DNA from: Callorhinchus milii
Taxonomy: Eukaryota
Direction of reading: 5' to 3'
NCBI RefSeq assembly: GCF_018977255.1
Contig: NW_024704755.1
Location: forward strand, 12,524,001 to 12,588,000
Length of the DNA stretch: 64,000 nucleotides
Shown piece after piece: positions 25,340 to 36,535 of this stretch (positions are counted from its first letter, which is position 1; each line of letters starts with the position of its first letter). The notes under the pieces were generated by a model that worked only from the letters and a program-made list of their open reading frames with translations, was not told the DNA's origin and made no database searches. A program made the position numbers and the translations under genes.

Positions 25340-25680
25340 GTCAGCCTGGCTCATTTGGTAACACTCCTATGCAACGATAGCTGTGTTGTTGGGATGCAGT
25401 CCTTTGGATGAAGTGTTAAACCAAGGTCCCGTCTGCCCGTTCAGATGGACGTTAAAGATATTATGGCACTATTCAGAAAGAGAAATGAGTTTCTCCCTTT
25501 GTCCTGGCAAACAATCCCCAAATGAAATTAGTCATTCACTTCATGGCTCTTTGTGGGACATTGCTGTGTGCAAATTGGCTGCCTTGTTCACTTACAAATA
25601 CACTTCACTTTCGGTATATCTTCTGAAACACTTTGAGACATCTTCCTGACATGAAAGGTGCAGTATCACATAAGGGTTTT
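25340..25680 (+). mobile_element. Deu-domain SINE
   Basis: GTCAGCCTGGCTCA head, then AAACCAAGGTCCCGTCTGCCCGTTCAGATGGACGTTAAAGAT. Confidence 0.7.
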
Positions 25681-27070
25681 TTGATATTGTCCTCTCGTTC
25701 CTGTAAGATTGTCTTATTGTTTGTGATGTGTCAGAGTAAGAGTAGTGTAAAGCTTTCAGAATGTAATTCTACACGAAGGGCGCTATATAAATGCAAGTAG
25801 TTGTACTGTGGCGCTGTTTTATGTTTGCCAATACAGTAAAACTCACATACGTCTGATCTGTATAAATCATATAATAGCCTTAGTTGTACATCTGTAAGCT
25901 GAATTTTCTATTATAGGTTTCACATAACTCATACTTTGCATAAGTTCACATTCAATGTATGGTTTACTGAGGTGTACATTTCATTCATGCTTTTCTCTTC
26001 ATTTTATCGTGTATATATAAGGTTTGATTTTTTTTATATATATCTCTGGCTCTGAATTCTGTCCTTCCTTTATGAGAGAGGTTAATTGAAGGACCTAAGC
26101 CAGCACAAACCAAGGAATGAGAACCTATAGTCTACACCTTCTAGTCTACACTGGCTGATGGCTTTGCTCACTAGGTATTAATATTCCTTGCATTTGAACA
26201 AGCGCCTTAGCACGTTGTCGAGACATCTCAAAGTGCTCTGGAGGGTGCTCTGTAAAGGGTAGCAACTGCGTATTTTGTAGGCAAAAGTTGCAGCCAATTT
26301 GTGCGCAGGAGTTTCCCACATACAGATAAGAGAGTAATACATCTCCCCCATTGACCCTTTCGACAGGATCATTGCTTGGCGTGACTCTGAGCCACGTAGA
26401 CCCAGAATCCCAGGTTTGATCCCCAGTGGTATTCACTTCAGCATCTCTGGGCTAAGGAGGGGACTAATGATCAAGCTTCAAGCACCAGTTCGCTCTTCAG
26501 TGATTCATTCTAGGAAGTGTGTATGTGCGGATATCCACAGACGCCTGAAATAAGTACTGTTTTTCATGTAGCGACTTGGTGCCATTATGAAGGGAAATTC
26601 TCACTAGAGGCCGCGATTGTCAGTGTCGCTGCACAGAATGCTGACTGGAATGTTACTGGCCTTGACTCCAATCCACCCAATTTTTTGGGTGAGGTATTGA
26701 AAGGCAGACTAGCCCTTCTGGGAGAATTGGAGGGAAGTTTAAAATTAAAAAGGCCCGCTTGACGTCGATTACATCTCGGTTTGTTTTTCTTCTGAGGGTA
26801 ACGTTTTTTTACGTTGTTTTTTTTTCCCCCCCATTCTCCTGTTGGATCCTTTCACCCCAGGCACTGTGTACAACTGAGAAAGGGGGGGTTTACTGTATTG
26901 GCAAACATAAAACGACACCACAGGTTTGAATGATCCTATCCAGGGTTTTCCCAATGCTTCTCAAACACCAGCTCACACACTGTTTAGCTTGGCTCAGTTG
27001 GGAGCGTTCTTTTCTCCCTTCTTATCGAAAATGTTTAGAAAACAATTTTCTTAATGTAGCTGACAGATTC

Positions 27071-27444
27071 AATAATAATAATAATCCTTGCATTTGATAT
27101 AGAGTCTTATCACGTCTTCGAGACGTCTCAAAGCGCTTCGCAGAATATATTGTAAAGTGAGTTGACTGTATTTTGTGGGCGAAACACGGCAGCCAATTGA
27201 GCACAGTAGCGTCCCACAAACAGTCCTGGATTAAGTGACCAATTTGCTAATACTATTTTTGAAGGAGTTATTACCCCCGGAAAAGCGATCCACCAATCGA
27301 ATAACAACCAAGTACCTACTTACTGCTAGGTAAACAGAGGCGTGTGGAAGAAGGAAACTTGTCCAACATTTTGCCCTGCCGGGAATCGAACCCCAGGTCT
27401 CTCGCTCGCGAGGCGAGTGCTCTAGCCACTGAGCTACAGGACTC
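27071..27444 (-). mobile_element. tRNA-derived SINE, full length, CpG-intact
   Basis: Head GAGTCCTGTAGCTCAGTGGCTAGAGCACTCGCCTCGCGAGCGAGAGACCTGGGGTTCGATTCCCGGCAGGGC (A/B boxes); (ATT)n tail. Confidence 0.88.
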
Positions 27445-27515
27445 AATGCATAAACGTGAACATCAGTAATCAGTAAAGGAGACACCAGACTAAGTGTAGA
27501 GTGCTGTCATTTTTC

Positions 27516-27521
27516 TTTATT
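27516..27521 (-). terminator. Polyadenylation signal
   Basis: AATAAA ~27 nt after the stop at 27548. Confidence 0.7.
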
Positions 27522-27547
27522 TGAGTTCCATGTTATATTCAATGCTT

Positions 27548-30500
27548 TTAATTGGCAGCAATTGTCTGATCAACCCAGGTGCGGAATTTGCTCACACGAC
27601 CGTAGACTCCAGGCGAATTGATGGAACAGAAGCCGCTGCCCCAGGAAACGATTCCCACCAGATACCAAGTTCCTCCACTCTGACAGATGAGAGGTCCACC
27701 GGAGTCACCCTGTTTGAAAACAAGACAGGCCAGAGTTAATGGACCCAGTGATCGTGAATTTAGCAAAGCCTTGCATAAGAAAAGAATCAAAATAACTGAG
27801 ACATATTGTGGCCTTGACCTCATTTTTTTTTAAACAGGAATTCTCCAGGCGAATTGGAAGAATATATCAGTGTTGGAATCCATCACATGGACACCTGATG
27901 CTCTGAACACTACTAGTATCGGGCCTGTGAGCTTTAAACACAAATTGTGTATGCGCTATTTGATTAGTCCGGGATTTACACAATGCCAGATCAGGAGTAA
28001 AGAATAGATAGTTCAGTCAGGTACAATGAGATGCAAGTAGGACACATTATTTATAAACCTTGCATCTTTGCCTGGCATTTCATCATTAATTAAATAATAA
28101 GTTTCCTAACAAGTGGAGGTGTAGCGTACATACCATGCAGGAAGAAGCACCTGCTGCCCCAGCGCAGATCATGACATCCGAGATCTTGTTGCCCCAGTAA
28201 GCCTCGCACCCCTTGTTGCTCAGGAGGGGAAGGGTGGCTTGCTGCAGCTTGCATGGGGTGCTGCCAGCTGAAGAGGTTAAAATTGCAATTTTTAAAAAAT
28301 ATGTACATCTGCAGTGACTTTGTACTTAGAAAGGGTCAAACTCACTTCTGTTTTGATACAAAGAAAACCTAAATCAAGTGTGTGATGCGCTATGGCTAGC
28401 CCACCTCTTATTAACAACAATAATATCCTTGCATTTGATATGACTCCTTATCGCATCGTTGAGACGTCTCAAAGGGGCTTCACAGGATATACCATAAAAT
28501 GAATTAACTGTGTATTTTGCAGGCGAAATGCAGCAGCCAATTGCGCAAAGCAGTGTCTCACAATCATTCGTGGATTGAGTGACCAAATTAGCCACCTCGT
28601 ATTATTATTTAGTGCACATCTTTCCGCCCCACCGCCTGCCCCTTTTCTGGGATTCTTCAAAATGATGTAAAATATATAAAGAAAATAACGTGGCATAATG
28701 GCTCACAGGAAGTAGAAGACGTAATAACGAATGATAATACTTGCATTTGATAAAGCGCCTTTCACGTACAGGACAACACCTCAAAGTGTTTCACAGGATT
28801 TGTTGTAAAGTGCAGTGGATGTGTATTTTGTACGCTAACACAGCTGGCAATTTGAGCACAGCAATGTCCCACAAACAGCCAAGAGATTAAGCCCTGGAAA
28901 CGTACCAGAAAATTAGTTTGGATGAAGATGGCCTTTCAGCACATTTATTCTCATCCTTCCAGGACACCCGCCCTATTGTTCGCCCACCATAGCAGTAAGT
29001 TGCTTTTTAAGTGAATCCAGTGTCCTGGCCTCATCACCCTTCCTAACAACCTATCATTACTTTCGCTCTTGGTCGTGGAAAACTTCCTGGTATCTCGTCC
29101 TGATTTCGCTCTTTACAACTTTAAACCTATGACCTCTTGTTCCACTGTCTTGGTTCATCCTAAAGCATTGTTCTGGGTTTACTTTATTTTATTATAGTGC
29201 ACTTCACACGGGGAAGCATCTCATTGCTCTTAACAGTGTTTTGAGACGTTACTAGGAGGAGAGGAGGGGCATGAAGGAGGCCAGAGCCAGCTGAGAGAAG
29301 GGGCGGATAGAGGGTAGAGTAGGGTGGAACAGGGCAGTGAAGTCAGGAGGTGCCAGGGCATGAAATGCTATGATACCAAGGATCGTGAAATCAATCTGTT
29401 CTGCAATAGCGGAGCCAATGGCGTCTGACTTAGCATATTTTGCCCTCTTGAATAAACAATCTCTTGAAAACTCCTCCACAAAATACCTGTTGCTGAATTG
29501 CAAACTTAGTTAGATCTAATAGTTCTGAGTTGAACCTTATGGTGCTATTTTGATAAAGATATGGAAATGGCATTACCGAAAGGGTTAGTCAGTCCCCATC
29601 CTGTCGTGACGCACATCGTGCTTGCGGGGAACATGCCCTGTGAGGTGTCCAGACAGATGGGAGACACACGTGAATTCATAGAAGCTGGTGCCTTGAGCTT
29701 CACCAGGGTGATATCATTGTTGATGGTGTTGGAGTTCCATTGAGGGTGGGTAATGGCCTGAAATGGACAAGACAAAGACAAGTTACCGAAATTCTGTTGG
29801 GTGAAGAACAATAGCTTTTTTTCCTCCAGACAGAAGGACAAATAACTTGTGAAAGTAGTAGATTATACAACACAACAATCCAATACAAACTTACGTTTAT
29901 ATTGCGCCTTTCTCGTCAGGAGCACATCCCAAGGCACTTAAAATAATAATAATAATAATCCTGGAATTTGAGACGCCTTTGAGATGTCTCAAAGAATTTA
30001 AGAGAATATACTGTATAGGGAAATGACTAAATAATTTGTGGGTGAGCTATGTTACAGTATACCTCAGAGTCCAGTTAAACCTAAAGGAATAATATAGGCA
30101 TAAGATTTTATCACAGGTGATATTAGCGCTGGTGATATCACATGCCACATTTCCCCCTTCCTCAGTCCTCCCCTACCCTCTGTAGAAAAAAAACACATTA
30201 AAAAAAATGTTCCTACATACCTTAGCAACTTGAAGGGTCTGAATTTGGACGTCGGAGCTGCATTTGTTGAATTCTCCAAGAATCACACGATGTTGACTCC
30301 TGATGAAAAAGAAGACATTCCTCTGAGTAAGTACTTGTGTCTGTGCACAGCCTCTGAGCATTCGTATAGAGGTATTCAAGCTTACCCCACACCACAGTGA
30401 GCAGCGGTCACAACCCAGTATTCACTAATCAGTGATCCACCACAGAAATGGAAGCCTGTGTAGTCCTGTGACACAAAAGAGATTGTTGTTCAACACGGAA

Positions 30501-32130
30501 ATTATTGTCTCCCCCCCGCCCCCCATTGATAGGAATTTCAGGCTTACCAGCTTTATGAAACCTTGCCGGGTATTGTGCACTAGAGAATTCACCTCCTAAT
30601 AATAATCCTTCTATTTGATATATCGCCTTATTGTGTCATTGAGACATCTCAAGCGCTTTCCAATATGTACTGTCTATACTGTCAAATGGATTAAGTGTAT
30701 ATTTTGTGGTTGAAATGCGGCAGCCAGTTGAGTATAGCAGTGTCCCACAAACAGTGAGTGACCATTTTTTATTGGGAAATAAATATTGAGACGTAAAATA
30801 AAAATTCCATGAGACCAAAGCTGGCTGACTTGACAACAAAGATGGTGTTATTTCAAAGGAGTGATCTTCGCATGAAACATTTTCAGTGCAGGTGAAACTG
30901 TCTGCAGAAGTCAGGGCAGTGCAACATTTGCTAAGCTCAGAAGATCACAAGATCACGTTTCGGGGACGAAAGTGAGATACAAAGTTAATTATTGTTCATA
31001 GAAATTAAAAGCACGGAAGGCCATTCAGCCATAGGTCAGAAAATGTTGTATGACATCTATAGTCTTCCAATCTCTCTTCATCACTGCAGTTCTTTTTCTG
31101 TTATTAATGCAACTGCAGTCTTCTGAACTTCTCTAAAGTCTCTTTATACAGAAACCTAACAAAAGTTTGATCTGTATAAATCGTATAATTGCCTAAGTCG
31201 TACATCTGCCCAGGTCCCATGCAAGAGTTTATATTCTGTGTAAAGTTTTACATAACTCATACTTTGCACAAGTCACATTAAATGTATGGTCCCAAATGAT
31301 ACAATCTATGTGAGATTCACCGTACTTTCTAGATATGCCAATTCCGCACAATCTTCACCCTGGACACCGTTATTGTGTTGAAATCATTGCATCAACTCAT
31401 TGATTCTATAAACTTCAGGATTATGGAACATGTTGCCTCTCTCAATCTTTCCTTCTTCCTTAAATACAAAGTTTCATGATATCGAACTGTTGCTTCTTGA
31501 ACGATTCTTTTCCTTTGGTTTCTATTCCTTTTCCAAGTCTGTTGGTTTCCGCCTATCCTATTGGACTTGGTCCCTCACCTTAGTTTCTGAATGAAGAGAA
31601 ACCCATACCTAATATATGAATTAACTTCCAAACAAAATTAAATACAACTAGTAGCACATTAGCTGTACCGAGTGAAGCATCAATGATGCAATATGTGGCA
31701 GTGAGTGTCCTATCCACTTACCTGTAGTGAGACTTGCCAAGGCCAAGATCCCGAGACAGCTTCTTCGCCATTTACGATTCTCGAAAAGCCAGTAATATCA
31801 GGGGAGATAGTAGGCTTACCGCACTCTGTGTTTAAAGAAATCAATGCACAAAATACGAATCAGTTCAAAATAGCAATCAGTGACGGAGAAGGGAATAGAA
31901 AGAATGGTAACGGAGAGGGGAATAGGAAGGGTTGGAGCTCAAGTGGAATATAAACACTGGCGTGGACTGATTGGACCGATTGGCCCATTTCTTTGCTATA
32001 TCTCTCTGTGTAACTCTACGTAAAAGCTTACTATAAATTAGAAATGAGAGTTTCTCAGTAAATCCAGTTTACCCAGTCCATAAGCAGCATTAATGAGAGC
32101 AAGGCACGAGAGCACCCAAAGTATAGCCAT
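27548..32130 (-). CDS. CTRB: Chymotrypsinogen (CTRB-like), intact 7-exon gene, 265 aa (gene 4)
   Basis: Exons 32130-32073, 31825-31722, 30465-30386, 30299-30221, 29757-29577, 28267-28134, 27709-27548. [15 protein letters not shown]|IVNG, TAAHC, NNDI, SSCMGDSGG, ends VDQTIAAN*. Confidence 0.93.
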
Positions 32131-32166
32131 GGCTGTTGATTTGTGGTGGAAAGTTGGTGCTTACAC

Positions 32167-32256
32167 TTTTATATAGTCCAATTTGCAAATTTGCTGAGAG
32201 ATAAGAGATTTTAACAGCACATGTCCAGGACAGGGTTTATTTCCAAGGTAAATAAA
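32167..32256 (-). promoter_or_regulatory. TATA box, GATA and candidate E-box / NR5A / FoxA sites, gene 4 promoter
   Basis: TATATAAAA at 32175-32167; AGATAA 32199-32204; CACATG followed by TTTCCAAGGTAAATA, with a similar block in the gene 3 promoter. Confidence 0.55.
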
Positions 32257-33369
32257 TAGTTTGGCCATTATCGATTCATAATAAAGACCTGCGTAATTCA
32301 GTACTGTTTAAAGGAAGTGATAACATAATTTATGATGGGGAAAAAAAGCACATACTGTACCTACAAAGTATTATTAAAAATCTGTATTTTATCAATGTGA
32401 CATAAGAATTTTATGAATTTTCCAATATGAAGGACCAGAAGTAACAAACTGACTAACCGTGTTTTTCTTTGCAATTATATTAATGTCAAGTTGATAGGAA
32501 AACATTGTGCTTCAAATTGGGAACTTATAATAATAATAATCCTTGCATTTGATATAGCGCTTTTTACGTCTTCTAGACGTCTCAAAGCGCTTCAGAGAAT
32601 ATGCTGCAAAGTGAATTGACCGTATATTTGTGGGCAAAACGCGGTAGCCAATTGCGCACAGCAGTGTCCCACAAACCGTCATGGATTGAAAATGACCAAT
32701 TTATTATTGTTTTGGAGGGACTATTATTAGGTGTATTGAATAAGGAAACTTGCTTAAGGTTTCGCCCTGCGAATGTCCTGTATGGAGACAAAACATGAAG
32801 GAACAGCATAAATTGACTGTTACAGTATGTTCACAAATCCCTAACACTTTACAGCAAGACTTACTACCACTATATATATGAAAGCGAAATAACAAGAGAT
32901 GTAAAAGGATCTATATGAGCAGGAGAGACAAATAACATAAATGTATCCAGAGTTTGTTAGAAATAGAAAGTGTTAAAAGTTAGATCTCAAACGTCATCTG
33001 TAGAGCGCTTAAAATGTGGAGCGCTTATAAATACAGAGGGCAAGATAAATGTTCTTAAATTCGCTGCTGAGTTCACTCACAAAACACATAGTCACTACAC
33101 TTTACAGTGAATCCTCTGAAGCGCTTTGAGACATCCCCACCGATGTGAAAGGCGCTGTACCAAATCTAAGGCTTGTTGTTATTATTTTAAGACGTGCTGG
33201 TTTTTGATTTTAATTGATAAAAGTTGCTGTTTGTCAGGTTTTCCAATTTTCTCCAAGTCGCATAAAATTAATTCCCAGGGTTTCAATGTCATTTTAATCA
33301 CTTTTTATTATGTTTTTGCCCTGGAATACTGTGGACCCACTTTATTCCAGGTCTCTGCTGAAGAAAGCA

Positions 33370-33520
33370 CAGCCCAGCCTGGCTCATCGGCAGGACCTGG
33401 AAGGGCAGATCAGTCAGTGGGAGGGAGTCATTCCACTCAGCTCCTGTTAACCCTGCAAGCCAAAGCCCTAACAGGTAGGATAGTCCTAGCTAGACAAGCA
33501 GCAGGAAAGCTTGCCACACA
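33370..33520 (+). repeat. Unclassified dispersed repeat, 5' part
   Basis: CAGCTCCTGTTAACCCTGCAA.CCAAA.CCCTAA shared with ~61690-61722; AGCCTGGCTCATCGGCAGGAC shared with the reverse complement of ~43378-43398. Confidence 0.65.
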
Positions 33521-34202
33521 CAAAAAAAAATGCCCCATCCTGCAAGTCGTACTACTCAATGACGTTACCCTACGTGAAGGGGTGTTATTTATAAGTTGTT
33601 GCTGTCGGCAGCACGGACTTAACTTTGTGCGTACTTTGTGCGTATTAATTGGTGATCTTATGACCTTCGAGAAGTTGCCCATTTCTGTAGCCCCAAAAAT
33701 TGGAAAACTTAGATAAAAAATAAACATTGATATGATCTGACGAAAATGAAAAACAGATAAAACTTGAAAAATGACCGCACAACTTATTTTGATTTGCTTA
33801 AACCCCCAAACTACGCTGCAGGAAAACTCGCTGTAGATTGTTCCGACCTTCAGTAAAGCTTTACGTAATGAGCTGACAAGTCACAGATTATGGCAGCAAG
33901 TCAGGTGCAGGGTTCCCAGGGCACCAGGTAGAAACACTTCACTCTAATAACAACAATAACTTGTATTTATATAGCGCCTTTCATGTGGGGTAGCGTCCTA
34001 GAGCGCTTGATAAGTCATATGGGATCGGAGAAATCATTGGTAGAAAACTCCCAAGGGAATTTTGGAATAAAATCAATGACGTGATAATGCACGGATTATT
34101 ATTGTTGGTATAAAATCTATCAAGGTGACCAGTAATTTCTTACTGTTTTAGACGTGGGCGTGTGGCATTTGGGATATGGGGTAGTGCCACCACCGATTTA
34201 AC

Positions 34203-34525
34203 ATAATAATAAAAATAATCCTTGCATTTGATATAGCGCTTTTCACGTCGGGAGGATGTCCCAAAGCACTTCACAGAACACACTGTAAAGTGAATTGACT
34301 GTATATTTGTGGGCGAATGTGGCAGCCAATTGCGCACAGCAATGTCCCACAAACAGTCGTAGATTGAAAATGACCAATTTATTATTGTTTTTGGTTTTGG
34401 AGGGATTATTATTAGGCTCTGTGTGGAGTAAGGAAACTTGCCCAAGGTTTCGCCCTCTGCTGGGAATTGAACTCAGGTCTCTCACCTCCAAAGCGAGTGC
34501 TCTAACCACTGAGCTACAGGACTCC
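34203..34525 (-). mobile_element. tRNA-derived SINE, full length, short-body subfamily
   Basis: Near-identical to 5593-5914 and 39285-39490. Confidence 0.85.
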
Positions 34526-35933
34526 ACATAGCTTGGTGATATGGTTTATTTTGGTAGTTTTACCAACGTAGTGCTTTTTCTTAACAGAGATTAACACCGT
34601 TTGAAGTGATTTCTGCTTTGGAACTAAGGGAATCTGGAGACATCGGAAGTTCTGGGGAATTTCAGCCGACACTGAAATGAACCCTAATACAGGGTTATAA
34701 GTTATAAAGCTACCCAGCCAGAAACTCTATTAATCTGTCAAGGCACAACACAAAACAATGTTAATAAACCATGTTTCCATATTGTGCAACTAAAATAACT
34801 TCTAAAACACTTTATAGTGGATCCTAGGTTCCTTCATTCCATTCTTTTCCATTCCCTCACTCTGTTTTTAACTTAGATTTTGTTTTGACTGATACACTCT
34901 TTCAGTACTTTTCTTAAAATATAATAAACGCTTAAATATTTGTTTGGACTTTTCTTTCCTTAGCATCCTTACGAATCTGGAAGACTCTCGCCTCTGAGTG
35001 GGAAGGTTTCAGGTTGTAGGTTCTCTGTCTGTTCAAGTGGACGATAAAGGTCTCATGGCACTATTCATAAAGGGAAGGGAGTTTCTCCCAATGCCCTGGC
35101 CAACAATCCCCCAATTAAATTGGTTATTCACTTCACTGATGTATGCAAGTTGACTGCTGTGATCGCACACAAAACACACAGTCATGACACTTATATCGAT
35201 GCTTATATCCAGTGAGGCGTTTTTGGATAACCTCCCGAAGCGTAAGGCGCTGTACCAAATTTAAGGATTATTATTATTATCGTTAGTAACATTGACTAAC
35301 TGAAAACCCCATTATGTGTCAGTCTGGGCCTTGACTCTAGGTACAAAGGATCCTGTTCCTCCATGGCTTCAGAAGGTTTATGATTGATATAGGTTAAGGT
35401 TCTCCAAGATGCTACTCGGGTGAAGGGTGCTATATAAATGCAAGTTGTTATTGTTGCTGTTATCACATCGTCGAAATGTACTGTAATCATTGTGTATTTG
35501 TAGGCAAAAGTGGCAGCCAATTTGATGTTCAGTAAGTTCTAAAAACAGCCATGAAGTGAAGGATCAATTTTATCTTTCATTCATTCACTGGATTCAGTAA
35601 AACTCATTTACTCCTTCAACTTTTCGTTCTGTAAGACTCCAGACAAGTCAACCTCCTTGTGCTGAATCTCAGGGAATTATTCCCAAATTTAGCAGCAGTA
35701 TATTCACATTGCATAGGCATTCATATCTTGCCTTTGCTTTCTAAATGTTTTTTTCCCTCCTTTTCCAAATGACTCATAAGCCGTGGATGTGGAGTGATGT
35801 AGCATAGTGGTTAGCATGTTTGCCTCACAAGCAAGAGGAGCTGGATTGAAAACCTTAGGTAAGTCTGGGATAATAATCCCTCAATAAAAAAAAATTGGTC
35901 ACTCAATTCACGACTGTTTGTAGGACACTGCTG

Positions 35934-36240
35934 TGGAGTCCTGTAGCTCAGTGGTTACAGCACTAGCTTTGTAAGCGAGAGAACTGGGTTCGATTCCCGG
36001 CAGGGTGAAACCTTGGGCAAGTTTTCTTACTCCACACGCCTGAAAATAATGTCTCAAAAAAATAATAATAAATTGGTCATTTCAATCCATGACTGCTTGC
36101 AGTACACTGCTGTGCGCAATTGGCTGCCACATTTCTCCCACAAATATACGGTCAATTCACTTTACAGTCTATTCTGTGAAGCGCTTTGAGACGTCTAGAA
36201 GACGTGAAAAGCGCTATATCAAATGCAAGGATTATTATTA
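35934..36240 (+). mobile_element. tRNA-derived SINE nested in an older copy of the same family
   Basis: GTGGAGTCCTGTAGCTCAGTGG... sits between ACTGCTGT(G) at ~35927 and ~36240, where the host SINE resumes. Confidence 0.75.
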
Positions 36241-36505
36241 CTGCTGTGTGCAATTGGCTGCAGTGTTTTGCCCGCAAAATACAGTCAATCCACTTTGCAA
36301 TATATTCTGTGATGTGATTTGCGACGTCTCAACGGCATGATAAGGTGCTACGTTAAATGCAAGGATTATGATTATTATTATTGTTGAAGAATGTGGTGTA
36401 TCAGAGCATTACAACAACGAGGCAACTTGACTTCATGCTTCCGAGTCTTGGACTGTAAATGGCTTCACATTAAAGGAGGCGTTAAAGAAACGTGAGTTCA
36501 AAAAA

Positions 36506-36511
36506 TTTATT
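36506..36511 (-). terminator. Polyadenylation signal
   Basis: AATAAA ~25 nt after the stop at 36536. Confidence 0.7.
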
Positions 36512-36535
36512 GTCAAATTTCAGCTTTCGATGATT

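Noticed and set aside
33126-33716. Longest ORF in the track (196 aa)
   Set aside because: Spans a SINE tail and the unclassified repeat; no recognisable protein or splice structure.
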